This document shows positions 48,726 through 60,374 of a DNA stretch of 64,000 bases, piece after piece (the first letter of the stretch is position 1; every line of letters starts with the position of its first letter). The stretch spans positions 341,661 to 405,660 of the forward strand of contig JBBIRS010000001.1 in assembly GCA_037441675.1 (NCBI GenBank), in the 5' to 3' direction. Position numbers and translations under genes: made by a program. This DNA comes from Planctomycetales bacterium. GTDB lineage: Bacteria > 4484-113. The notes under the pieces were generated by a model. It ran no database searches, was not told where the DNA came from, and worked only from the letters and a program-made list of their open reading frames with translations.

Positions 48726-49543
48726 TTATCGCAGAAGTAAGTACCACGTCCGCCTAAATATACTTTTTGAACAGTGTAGTTATTCCCGCAACGGAGACAA
48801 GCCTTCCCCTGTCGCATAAAGATTTTAAGCTCGTCTTTGAATTTGCCGGATTTGCCTTCCGCATCCAAAAAGTCGCGAAAGGTTGTCCCGCCCTTCTCAA
48901 TTGCGTTCTGAAGAATCCTACGCGCTGAATTTATTATCTTGCGATACTCTTCCAAATTGATTGAAGCTGCTCGCCTTCTTGGGTCAATTCTTGCGTCAAA
49001 GAGCGCTTCATTGGCGTAAATATTACCAATCCCGCATATGAACCGCTGATCAAGTAAGAACTCCTTGATTGTTTTACGTTTAAGGCCTTTGCTCTTCTCA
49101 AGTAAAAATTTCGGCGTTAGTCTCATATCGTTGTACTCAAGTCCAAGGTTCTTAAGTAAAGGATGATTCAATAGCTCATTCCCGACAGCAAGGGAAATTC
49201 TGCCAAATTTCCTCTTATCCCGATAGTTAAGAAATATACCATTGCTCAGCTTCAGAGAAAGAATTAAATAATCGGATTCGCCTTTACCTTCTTCAAGTGT
49301 GAACCAACCGCTCATACCGAAGGAGACAATGATATATAAATTTCCGCTCAACTCAAGAAGCGCCATCTTGCCCATGCGGGAAAGGCTCTTGATTTTCTTA
49401 TTAGATACTTTAGCTTTGAACTTATGAGGGGTGACATATTTAATTATTTTTGGATAGACTAAACGAACTGTAACGATTTTACTTCCCTCAATTTTTCCCT
49501 CTAGGCTTTTAAGGATATTTGTAACTTCTGGAAGCTCAACCAT
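48713..49543 (-). CDS. mutM: Formamidopyrimidine-DNA glycosylase (Fpg), N-terminal Val variant
   Basis: MVELPEV, R.GK, GMSG, D.RKFG, LLDQ..I.GIGNIYANEALF, C-terminal zinc finger. Confidence 0.92.
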   Translation of the reverse strand: MVELPEVTNILKSLEGKIEGSKIVTVRLVYPKIIKYVTPHKFKAKVSNKKIKSLSRMGKMALLELSGNLYIIVSFGMSGWFTLEEGKGESDYLILSLKLSNGIFLNYRDKRKFGRISLAVGNELLNHPLLKNLGLEYNDMRLTPKFLLEKSKGLKRKTIKEFLLDQRFICGIGNIYANEALFDARIDPRRRAASINLEEYRKIINSARRILQNAIEKGGTTFRDFLDAEGKSGKFKDELKIFMRQGKACLRCGNNYTVQKVYLGGRGTYFCDNCQK

Positions 49544-49789
49544 AATTTTGCGTCCGAGATTATAGCATTCAGTATTACCTATTTTGTTATGAGAGAAGGT
49601 ATTATTTTGCCTATTTTGGATGGACGCGGTGGTACTTTGAATTTCAATCTCGCAGATTTGAAATTATCGATAAGCGGCACTCTCCCCTGATGCTATTTAT
49701 AGGGATTACCTTCGCTTCTTTGTAAACTTCACATCATTATGATGGGCTCACTTATCCTTTCACCGCTTGCGCTGCGCTTTTCGAAGCGT

Positions 49790-49965
49790 ACACTGTGGAA
49801 TGATTATCAAACGCTCTTTGAGTCTACCATTTGAGCCCCCAAAAGTTGATCGTTTACTTCTACATACGCCTATACTTACGGAAAGTATACCCTAGACAGG
49901 GCTTCCGCCTAGTCCTAGTCTATGTTTCTCTCTTTTACCTGAACCCGACTACGCCCCTCCCGCCG
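49790..49965 (+). repeat. Left long inverted repeat
   Basis: Reverse complement of 63769-63945; by eye 5 substitutions and 1 indel; weaker match extends outward to 49781. Confidence 0.95.
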
Positions 49966-50326
49966 CCTCCATTATTAGGGCATAGGACGGCGGCGGGATG
50001 GGCTCGCCCAAATGCCTGCTAGATGCAGGCAAGGAGTGTCCGAAGCTCCGGTTAGCTTGTCCTTCGCTTCCGAGCCTCCTACCTGGACTTGGGCGAGCCC
50101 TATGGGCTTGAACGGCTTTGTGAGGCTCAGGCAATGGCTAGAGAGGTCCCTCGCCTCACCGAAGGTGCGGGGGAACTGAACTGAAGGTTGAACTGAGCCT
50201 GCTCTACCTTGCGCTGACCCCCTCTCCCCCCCTTCCCCTATCGTCAGCGATTCTTTGCGTAGCTCTCGTCTGGCAAGAGTTGTCCACAATCCAAAGAAGC
50301 GTTTTCAGTGGCGAAGAAAAATCCGC

Positions 50327-50357
50327 TTGACGGTAATCTTGCGGTTTCTGCTATGCT
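50327..50357 (+). promoter_or_regulatory. Putative promoter upstream of the structured element
   Basis: TTGACG (50327) and extended -10 TGcTATGCT (50349-50357); predicted +1 near 50364. Confidence 0.45.
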
Positions 50358-50363
50358 ATCAAA

Positions 50364-50605
50364 GCCACTGCCCTTCGCCGAAGCGAATATGGAAAAAGCT
50401 ATCGGTTAGGCAAGAGCGGGGAATTGCCACCCGTGAGCCATCAGCAAGCTCTACGCGGTAATCTCTGGGGCTTGCCCGCCCTTGGTGGGCAGAAAACGCA
50501 GTCCTAACATACTTGTTAGCCTTCGGCTAATTGAACCACCTAGACTGCGTTTTTCGTTTGCTCCTTTTGCCCCAGAGGTAGAGCCTTGCTGTGAGGGGCA
50601 GTGGC
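50364..50605 (+). ncRNA. Candidate structured RNA or ssDNA element of unknown family
   Basis: Four nested long-range helices plus local hairpins in a non-coding gap; 5' end coincides with the predicted +1. Confidence 0.55.
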
Positions 50606-50633
50606 ATGAAATCATTTGACTCTTGGCAACCGC

Positions 50634-53600
50634 CTACTCCTTCACTAAAGCCTCACTGGCAATCACTTGCACAACTACCGGTTCCACCACCTTTTTCTTT
50701 GGCTCTTCAAAAAGCCCTGCCTGCCGACTAAGCAGAATCTCTTTGAGCATTTTCACCTGCTCCTCAGGCGTATTCTGCATCTTCCGAAGCCCTCGCAAAT
50801 CCTTTTTCTCCTTTGGACTTAGGGGGTTTGTGGTCAGCCTATTTCTAAGCTCCGCAATCGCTTTCTTCTCTTCACCCTTCACCTTTCTGGCAAGCGTATT
50901 AAGTTCTTTCAGCGTCTGGCGAACAAGCGGTTCGGATTCAACAGCATCCCGCTGGAGTATCCGCTCCTGCGCAGTCTCTTGGAATTCCTTCTCAATGGTG
51001 CGGACTTTGGTGTTGAAGCCCTTGGGAAGAGCAATTCTCTTGGTTCCCGGGTCGCACTTGAGTTTCTTGGGAATATCAATTTGATCGCGCGATACCACCT
51101 TGCCGTCCTCATCTGCAAGTTAAAGAGCTGCGTATTCTCCGGTCTTGCAGAAAACCACCAATTCATTCTGGCTATCCGCTCGCGCCGATCGAACCTTGTT
51201 TGGAAGCTCCATAACTCTCCTGAAAACTTCCGGGTTTTTCTCTCGTAAATCGCGCATCACTTTTACAAGCTCGGCGAAGCTGACTTCCGCTTCCTCCTCA
51301 CCTTTCGTAAGCACGCCCTCCTCGCCCGTGTAGATTCGCTTAAACAGCTCAATGTCTGAAAGTTTCTCTTCAGGGCTCAGGTACTTCTCATCCAGTCCAA
51401 TGTGCTTATGTATCTCCTTGAAGCGCCGAGTAAGTCTCTCCTCAAGACCCAGCTTCGCTTCCAGTTTGTGTTCCGGGAAGAAGTTAAAGGTGTAGATTAA
51501 ATCGTGCTCGGTTGATACCCTATCCACCCGGACGACTCTCTGAATTAACCGAACCGGATTCCAGTGGAGGTCATAGTTCACGACAATGTTACAATCTTGC
51601 AGGTTAAGCCCTTCGCTCAATATGTCCGTTGTGACTAGAATTCTTATCTTGTCTTTCTCTCTAATTTTCGCCCTATTTGCCTTAGGCGCGAACCGCCTAA
51701 CCTTCTCAAGCATATCGCGACTACTTCCCGAAACGTAGTCTGCGTCCGGGTAGCAAGCCTTAATCTCCTTACCGAGATACTCCGCCGTAGTTGCGAATTG
51801 CGTGAAAATTAGGACCTTATTATCCCTCAAAGGTTCTTGTTTTAAGTAGTCCAGCAGCGTCTGGAGCTTGGCGTCGTCCGCGGACTTTAGCCCCTTCACC
51901 AGATTGAACACCTCGGTGAAGACCTCCAAGTCAGCCTCAATATCCACCTTCAGGCGGTCTATCATAAACTTCTCAGGCGCATATCGTTCCGCGAATTGCT
52001 CCATAGCTTCCTCAAGTCGTTCGTCATCACCCGTCAGTCTATACCTCCTAAGCTCTTCCGCCAGCAGTCCCGCCGGAACGACGCCTTTCTTCAGATAATC
52101 CAGATAGTGCTGGTGAATCTCCTCCTGGTTCTTGACCGAGCGCCTGAACGCTGCCACGCTGCTCTCCAACCGTTTGAAAAGGATCGTCCGCATCAAGGCC
52201 ACCAGGTTCTTCCCGGCGGTTTTCAGCTGCGCCAAGTCCGGCTCGCCTTTAAACTCAGGCTTCACGTAGTGGTAGAGGTCATACCGCGCGTAACGAATCT
52301 TCCTCAGGAGCTTCTCAATCTTTTCGTAAATCCCCGGGTAAACTTCATCTATTGAGTAGTCAATCCGCTTTGGCGGTTTCCGCTCCGGGAACTTGAGGTT
52401 CCCGCTCTTCATATCCTCCTCATAATATTTCTCAATATGCCTACGCGTTCGCCGAACCATCACGTATTCCAACAGCTCTGGGAGTTTCTTCTGCCCATCC
52501 TCAACTGCCTTGAAGAAATCGGAAAGCGTTGGTGGGCCAACTGGAATTGCTGTTGCGTCGGTCGCGTGAAATAGCTTCATCTGCGATAGTATGTCTCTTG
52601 CCTCCGTGTTATACGGCGTGGCGGTGAGCATTATGACCTTTTTCCTAAAGCAAATCTCCTCAAGCGCCTTGTAACCTTTCGTGAAGGTATGCCTGAAGTG
52701 ATGCGACTCGTCTATCAGCACGACTGGGCGAGCCATCAGGCGCTCGTCTTCCAGTATGTTTTGCACCTTGGCGCGCGAAAAGATGCGCACCGGCAGGTCG
52801 TACATATCGCAGACATCCTGCCATAGCGGAACCAACGCCGGCGGGCAGATCACGATAGCCTTATCGCCCGTTCGAGAATAGATGTCCGCCAAGCAGCGCC
52901 GCGCCCATGTAGGTCTTGCCCAAGCCCACCACATCTGCCAGAAACACGCCGTCGTACTTCTCGAGAATCTGCCGCGCCTGAATGACCGCGTCCTTCTGGT
53001 AATTGAAAAGCTCCGGCACTTGCTCGCTCTTCGGCTTGTGAACCTTCTCGTCTTCGTCAAGCCGGTCCTTCACCAGTTCATAGGCTACTTTGAGGTAAAT
53101 CTCATACGGGGTGGGCTCGTTCATCGCCCAGGAGCTTTCAAGAACCTGCATCAGTTCTTTATCAAAATCCTCGGACTCACTCCACAGCCGTTCAAACCAC
53201 TCGCTCAGCTTCTCGTGATTCTCGTTACCTGGCACCACCACGTTCAGATCGGTGTTGCTGGTCACGCCCGCAAGTGACAGGTTGCTAGACCCGACAATCG
53301 CGGAGCCCCGCTCATACCGGTCTTTCGGATAGTCCACGATGTAGGCTTTCGCGTGGAGGATGCCCTTCGTATAAACGCGAACCTTGATTTTCCCGTCCTT
53401 CACTAGCCCCGCGAGATACTTGATATATTCCTCGTCCTCGTCAGTCTGCGGAATCTGCGAGGCAATCTCCGTGAGCTTCTCGCTCTCCCGCTTCACGGCC
53501 TCCGCCTTCTCCTGGGGAGTCAGGTAGTTCAGCGGCTCAAGGCGCTTCTCCACCGCTTCGGGATTGCCCGTTCCCAGCGCCAACGCCTCGATAGTCTTCA

Positions 53601-53784
53601 GGTTGCTGGTGGACCCGATGAGCAGCCTAAGCTCCTCCGTCTTCGCCAGGTGCTCCTTTATCGCCTTAAAGCCCGATAGGAAGAAGTAGCCGACCGCGAA
53701 CTTCGCCCGCTCGGCGTTATCCAGCAGCCGACCGATATGCTCAGCCAGCTTCTCTTCCCGATTGTCGATTATGTCGTGTGGCAT
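50634..53784 (-). pseudogene. PLD-domain plus SNF2-like helicase (defence-associated), disrupted
   Basis: HAKAYIVD...GSSNLS (PLD HKD), LADVVGLGKT, IDESHHF, SEGLNLQ, WNPVRLIQR; frameshift ~52890 and in-frame TAA at 51120-51122. Confidence 0.85.
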
Positions 53785-53792
53785 TGGTGAAG

Positions 53793-55505
53793 TTACTCGC
53801 CTCCCAGCGGCGGTTTGAGAACATCCACAATGAAACTCCGTTTCTCATCTTCTAGGGTATTCTGCTCAAGCCATTTGAGCAACTCTAACGGCGGGCAAGC
53901 CTCTTTTGGAATGCTGTCGTGGTGTTGTCCCATTAAGTATCTTCGCAGCGTCTCAGGCACGAATACGAGTTCACCCACTGTGAATTCACTCTTCGCACCT
54001 ACTATCTCCTTGCCCCATGTCTCGCTTTCCTTCCTGCGAGGGTCGTTAACGTCCATGTGAGCGTCATCATCCGATATCACCTTATGCCGGATTCCCATTT
54101 CCTTCATCAGTTCCATGAACTTAGGTATTTGCTTCTTTCCTCCACAGTCCAAGATAACGGGACGGGGCTTGGCGGTGTCAAGTTGCTCAGCCAGGTAGTT
54201 CAACGCGACCTTCTCTTCGTGTCCCTCGGCGAGTATAACCCACTCCGCGAAATAAGCAGACTTCCTGTCAGCGTTCAGCCACAGCGCGAACCTGAACTCA
54301 TCCTTGTACTCGCCTGAACTTGCTGCTGAAACGAAGTCCTCGGACGCTTGCCTTACAACAGACAGGCGGTCACTCTTCTCCAACCTGACGATTCTCTTGA
54401 AATCCTCGTGTTCACTAGGCACCACATACGGCGAATGCGTCGAGACTAGGACTTGAACTCCGCCTTGCTCAGCAAGCGACATTAGGTAGCCTGCTAATCT
54501 TTCTGTTTGATGGGGGTCGAGATACAGCTCTGGTTCTTCAAAAAGAAGCAGCTATAACCTAGCTTCCTGCGGCTTTTCCTTCTTCTTCAAGGCCTCCCGG
54601 AACTTCTCTACTTTCGCCCACAGGCGGATCATGGCGAACAAGAGGTACCTCTGTGGGCCATGACCCATACTATCCGGCGAAGTCTCAGGCATTACGCCTT
54701 CCTTAACCTTCACATCAGCAACGCGAGATACGATATCAGATGCTGGTATACCACTGAATTTGATTTTGACTACGGTCTCCCAATCAGAGAGCGCAGCGGA
54801 CAGTTCACTCTCTATTTCCGACAGAGTATTAGGGATACCCACTGCCTGGCTCTGCTGCGCACTTCCTCGTAACTCTCTCTCCAATTCCTGCAACTGCTCC
54901 TGAAGCTCATTGAACGACTTCATCTGAAGCACCGCCGGCTCTATTATCTCTTTCATCATTTTCGCGAAGATAGCACCGGATTGTTGAGCCCCTTTCAGTT
55001 CATCAGGAAGGCTCTTCACAGTTGGAATATGCAGTATGTCCCCGACCTCAGACAGACCCACAGAATCCCACCCCAGGAACTTGGTCGGTGACAGTCTTAG
55101 TTTGCCGTTCTCCATCATGTATGCGTTGAGGAATGTTCCCCTTGCCTTCTTATCGACTTCCTTCCTCACGGCAGTCCTTCTGACAGTCATCAGATTCCCT
55201 GGAAGCAGATACTTCTTCGTCTTCAACGCTTGAATCTCTTCATCACTTAGGTCGCCAAACGTGATTTCGACCCACAGTTCATCAGCTCTACCATTCTTCC
55301 CAACGTGGAAATCCTCCTCGGCGACGCCTGACCTATAATCCTCACTCAAATAGAAGAATCGGATAGCCCTGAAGAAATTGGACTTGCCCGAGTTATTCTT
55401 ACCAACGAGTATTGAGAAGTCTTCAAGGCGTGTAGGCTTCGTAGCGTCTGTAACCTCAGGGAAGCTGCGAAAGTTGTTTATTAGAATGCTCTTTATCTTC
55501 ATCAT
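53793..55505 (-). pseudogene. OLD-family ATP-dependent nuclease (ABC ATPase plus TOPRIM), disrupted
   Basis: GKNNSGKS, FEEPELYL, STHSP, EG.EE, DCGGK, DDD; in-frame TAG at 54552-54554. Confidence 0.85.
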
Positions 55506-58500
55506 ACGCTCCTCGCCTTCTTCAGGCGGTTGGTTACGAGTTCAATGACGGCGCGGTAGACCTCTTCGCGCTCTTCTTTGGTGAGACCAAGGATATCAAA
55601 GATGATGTCATCCAGCGCCCGGCGGTCGGGAAGGACTTTATCAAGCGACACATCCTCTAACCTGATGTTGCTGAAGTCCTTGTTCGGCTTGGGCAGGCCA
55701 AGTTCTTGAAAGACACTGTGGACCTTTCTTCGGGCAATTGCATCCAACGCATCGGCTAACCTCCGCTCCGTCTGAGGCCCCAGCTCTCTAGGATTGACAA
55801 TCTCCAGTCTGCCTAGGTCGCTTTTGACGAGAATAGTCGCCCCTTGCCCAAATCCCTTTCGGCCGTATATCTCAGCAAGCAAGACCGTCATAGTGCTATT
55901 AAGCAGGGCAGCGACAACGTCTAGGGAAGTGGCGTATGGCCGCAGCCCGAAGAAATTCCCAGTGAATGGGAGCTCATCGCGATTCACGTGGACGATATGC
56001 CTGTCTCCCCTCATGGCGAGCCAGAGGATCGGTGCTCTTTTTGAGACGACCTTTCTGGCGATTACTAAAGCCTTGCCCGTGTCGATGTAGGAATCAGGTC
56101 TTGATATCTGTACTGAGGCATGGTCGCGGGGATTCTTCACGATCTCGAGCCTTTGGCTTATAGGTGCAGTCGCCTTAGCAATCGGTCTTATGTACTCGCG
56201 ATAGCCGCTCTCCTTAATTCCGGTGATTATGTCGCACAGTCTTCTCAGCTCGATGAGCTTCAGTTGTCCCCGGTCCAGTAGTACCCAGTAGATATCCGGC
56301 GCGCGCAGAGACTTCCCACCCCACTTGTTCCCGCCGTAAACACCTGCAAACGGGTCCTTGGTCGTTATCTTTAGAGATTCTTTTTCGTCCTCCGACTCCA
56401 GACCAGCACGATAGAGGTCGCCCTGGGTCATTGGAAAGACGCGAGCGTATGGAAGGCTCTTCCCTTTATGGCTGCGCTCAATGAGTTTCCGCTCAGCCGC
56501 GTTCTCGGTGTCCAGTAGCACCTCAGAGGTTACCACCGCCTCAAACGGCTGCTTGAACATCACGAACCGGGCAACGCTCTCCGCTCCTTCCTTCACGCCG
56601 CCCGTGCTCAGGCCCAGAACCGCGATTATCGTGTTCACGTCCGCGCGCTTGAAACTGCGCTTGACCTCGTTATCGTAGATAGAGTGAATCTGCATTCTCG
56701 TCAGAAGGAACTCCTGTAATCTCGCACCGTATTCTACATCAAGCCAAGCATTGGAGGATATGTAGCAGAAGACGCCCTTGTCATTGAGCAACGAAAGCCC
56801 CTTGAGGTAGAAGTAAACATACAAGTCGCTTCTTCGGTTTATTTTCAACTCTCCCCAGTCATCCTTCACGGCTTTTTCCAACTTACCCTTGTATTTGGCT
56901 ATTCCCTCAGCCGATGGCTCAACTCCTCTTTCGAGGTCAAACGGATCGATGATTCTCTTGTATATGACATACGGCGGATTCCCGATGACGACGTCGAAGC
57001 CGCCCTTCTCCTGAAAGATCTCCGCAAACTCAATTGACCAGAAGAGCTGGCGCTTTTGCGGTAGCTGTCGCTTGATCTCGTTCAGGCAATCAATCTCGGA
57101 TTGCAGCTCGCGCAGCCGCTCATCGCGCTTGAGCTCCTCCTTTGCCCGGTGCTCAGCGAGGTCAGCCGCGCGCTCCGCATCTGATTTCTCCAACGCAACA
57201 AGCTCCTCTTGGAAGGCAACGGCGTTCTGGTTCTGCACTTTCGCCCGCTCATCGGCGAGCGCCTTTATCCTTCGTCCACGATGGTCTGATACAGCTCTAG
57301 CTCCTTACGCTTGACCTCGTGCTCGGAGATGTCTCCGCGATTGAAGTAGAAGTCGGTCTTGGCCTTGCGGAGCTCCGTGACCTTTCGCTGTACGGCGGAG
57401 GACAGTTTACCCTTCACCGCGCGGATGGGGAGCGTAACGCCTGCAATCTCCTGCACGAGGCTATCGCCCTCACGAAGCTTGAAGGAAAGGCTCGGAAGAA
57501 GCGGCTCGCCCGCCGCCTTCATTCCCAACAAGTCCAGCTTCTTCTCGTCCGCCACCTCAATCAGCGTGAGCCACAGCCGAAGCTGCGCCACGCTTATCGC
57601 CCAGCCTTTAACGTCCACGCCGTAGAGGGAGCGCCCGATGATGCGCCGCTTCTCGGTGAACTCGTCCAGGTCATTGCCCGCCTGTCGAGCAAGCTCACGG
57701 CGAAGCTCAAGGATAACCTGCATCATCCCCACAAGGAACGCGCCGGAGCCGCAAGCGGGGTCAACTACTGCGACATTGAGAAGCGCTTCGTCTAGCTCCT
57801 CACGCGTTTTCTTGTCAAAGATGGGGACAATCTCCTCGCCCTCTTCGGGGAAGACGAAGCGGTAGAGGCTTGCCTGCCACTCGGCGTGGTCAGTACGGCT
57901 GGCAGAGGAGTGACTAGCGAGATACTCCACGAGCGTGTGCCTGCACATGAAATCCACTTCAACGCGCGGAGTGTAGAAGATGCCGGATTCGGTTCACTCA
58001 TCGGAGAGCTCGCTGGTGTTCACCAAGCTCTCGTACACGATGCCAAGCATCTCCGGGTCAACCGCGATGTTCTGGTTAAACGGCGTGTCCTCCATCACCG
58101 TGAAGTTGTAGTGGTTCAGCAGGCGCTCAAAGATGCGGTCGAACATGCTGTCGGTGACCGTGAAGCCCGCGCGACGTCAAAGTCGCACTCCTTGAACAGG
58201 CCGCCGTTGAGGAAGGTCGCGAGCTTGAACGCGCGCACAACTTCCTTCGGCAATCCCTTGTTCTCATACCCGCTCTTGTTGTTGAAGGCGGAGAAGAAGA
58301 GCGTGGCCAGCCAGTCGCGGTAGAAGCTATCCTTCGGGAACTTCCCGTTCTTGTAGGTTTCCCACAGTGTCTTGATGAACTCCTGGTCGCCTTCCGCCAG
58401 CCAGCCCTTCCGCTGCACGAAGTAGATGAACATCAGGCGGTTCAGCAGCGCGTGAAGGAACTGGTGCGCCGTGTGCTCATCCCTTATCTGCCCTACTAAC

Positions 58501-59072
58501 TCAGACTTGATTTCATTGAAGACCTTCTCAAAGTCTTTGAAGAACTGCTCGGTTACGGCTTCGCGGTCGAAGGCTTCCTCAACCTTGGTAAGTACATCAT
58601 CCCAGGAGACTTTCCCGTCAACCTTCAGGCACGCAATACGCTCGGCGGCGGTACGCATCTTCTGGTCAGGGCCAATGAGATACCGGCGCAGCACCAGACG
58701 CCTGCCCACACGCTTCGCGTTGACGAAGTGCACACGGGAGAAATCAGGCGCGGCTACCAAGATGATGCTGGCGTCCTGGAACTCCGCCGGGAGCTTACTG
58801 ATAAGTTCACGCTAAAGGCGGATGAGCTGGCGGTCGGGATCGTCCTCCTCGGTCTTGGCCTTCTGCACAAAGATGATCGGGTAGCTTGCAGCGCGGCCAA
58901 TAACCCTCAGCGAATCCGGCGCGATAGCGCTTCTTACTTCCGCAGGAAGGCTTCTAGTCGGAAGCGGTTCATCCGCATAAGAGAAGCCGAGCGCGCTGAT
59001 TAGCTCCCGGGCTTTCCCCAGTGAGTTCAGTTCACACAACCGTTTGTATGCCTCATCGGCTCGCAATCTCAC
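55502..59072 (-). pseudogene. Eco57I-like/type IIG N6-adenine methyltransferase, disrupted
   Basis: FLNGGLF, VDPEMLG.VYESL, GIFYTP, DPACGSGAF, GNPPY; stops at 58812 and 57994, frameshifts ~58170 and ~57268. Confidence 0.85.
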
Positions 59073-59083
59073 GACCTCGTTTG

Positions 59084-59355
59084 TTACCTTACATACCTAC
59101 TTAGACCGCAGGTGGGGCAGTTGATGAAGCCGGGAGTGGTCAGGCAGTTCGGGCAGCGGGAGAAGTAGCGACCGGCTTTGTTGTATCCGCACTTGCACTG
59201 CCAGTGGCCCAGAGGGGAATCTGCTCGCCACACCAGTTGCAAATGATAGCGTCCTTTCTCAGCTCGCGTCCGCGACTGAACCAGCCGGTTCGCAGGAAGA
59301 ACACATCCCAGCCGTAAGTCAAAAGCCTTTCCCAATTTGCCGGTAGTACTCTCAA
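59084..59355 (-). pseudogene. Small double zinc-ribbon protein, frameshifted
   Basis: Joining two frames at ~59211 gives CNWC...CKC...CPNC...CPTC. Confidence 0.6.
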
Positions 59356-59370
59356 TTCAACGTCCTTTCC

Positions 59371-60279
59371 TCAAGTTTCCGCAACTATGTCAAGAATGGA
59401 AACCGCGTCATCGTTTCCCTCCGAGACGGCGACCGCTCTTTTCCATATTCTATCAAGAATCTTCGCTCCCGCAAAGTCATTCTTCGGCGCGAACCAGAAT
59501 CCGCGCCTGCCTTTAAGCGAGACCGCTTTATTGGCGAGTGATTGCATCCGCTTATCGGAGGATACCGTTGTTAGAACTACAAAGCCCGGCACTCCGAAAC
59601 GCTCTCTAGCGCCACCTGAATGGTGGAATGCCATATAGACTTCCACCTTCTCACCAAACCTATTCGTGCTTATCGTGGAGCGGTCAATCTCCACGAAAAA
59701 GAGACTCTTCTTGGCGTTGTCACTGAAAAGTTCAATCACCAGATCAGGCACAACGGACTTCTTGAATCGCCTGCCTTCCTTATCGCGGAAGAATGCGTAG
59801 AGTGGCTTCGCCAGCTTGTAGCCGGGAAGGACATTCCACTTACTAATCCCGTCAGCCTTTGTGAGCGCGCACTCCAGCGACACCCAGAAGTCCACCAATA
59901 CTAGATAGTGAACGACATTTGCAGGTGTCATTTTATTCAGATGCCTATGCCATGGAATCTCTTCACGTCCGATGCCTTTTCTCTGAGCAAGTAGCCTTGC
60001 GCTCTTCTCTGCAAGGGCATAGGCAAACCGCTCGCCACCTCCGTCCGTTCGCAGTGGCAATCTATCCAGATACTTGTGGTGATAGAGCAGTTTTAACCTT
60101 CGGTAGATACCTTGCTGAGAATCCTCACAGAATAACGATGCCAAGTGCTTCGCCTCAACGAAGCGAAACTTCAGCACAGCCTCAATTAATGACGCGTCCC
60201 TATCCGTTATCTGAATGGGTGGCGCCGTCTTCGCCCGCCTTGTTTTCGGAAGTCTCTTGCGCGCAGTTTCCTTACCCAT
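59371..60279 (-). CDS. Replication-relaxation (Replic_Relax, MOBC-like) relaxase
   Basis: ITDRD wHTH start, RRL..L...YL.R, H.L, PD...FFVEIDRST...K...Y PD-(D/E)XK core; ORF intact. Confidence 0.85.
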   Translation of the reverse strand: MGKETARKRLPKTRRAKTAPPIQITDRDASLIEAVLKFRFVEAKHLASLFCEDSQQGIYRRLKLLYHHKYLDRLPLRTDGGGERFAYALAEKSARLLAQRKGIGREEIPWHRHLNKMTPANVVHYLVLVDFWVSLECALTKADGISKWNVLPGYKLAKPLYAFFRDKEGRRFKKSVVPDLVIELFSDNAKKSLFFVEIDRSTISTNRFGEKVEVYMAFHHSGGARERFGVPGFVVLTTVSSDKRMQSLANKAVSLKGRRGFWFAPKNDFAGAKILDRIWKRAVAVSEGNDDAVSILDIVAET

Positions 60280-60329
60280 TCAGCAGCTAATCTTAGCATC
60301 TAACCTCACTCCGATTTTCTCACAGAGAA

Positions 60330-60353
60330 AAGCGCCAGAGAATTCTGGCGCTT
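60330..60353 (-). terminator. Hairpin, possible intrinsic terminator or oriT arm
   Basis: AAGCGCCAGA-gaat-TCTGGCGCTT 10-bp stem with a short T tract on the minus strand. Confidence 0.45.
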
Positions 60354-60374
60354 GAGAAAAGGAACAGGCTCCAT

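Noticed and set aside
49781..49800. Island ends as Tn7/Mu-like TGT...ACA termini
   Set aside because: Inverted identity continues beyond the TGT/ACA, the flanks (TACAC versus GTGTC) are not a direct 5-bp duplication, and no tns gene is present.
49831..50461. Tracked short ORFs in the structured zone, and the many antisense ORFs over known genes
   Set aside because: No recognisable motifs; explained as shadow frames of real genes or GC-rich hairpins.
53793..55505. Calling the OLD gene a Gabija system
   Set aside because: No GajB UvrD-like partner; the neighbouring helicase is SNF2-like with a PLD domain.
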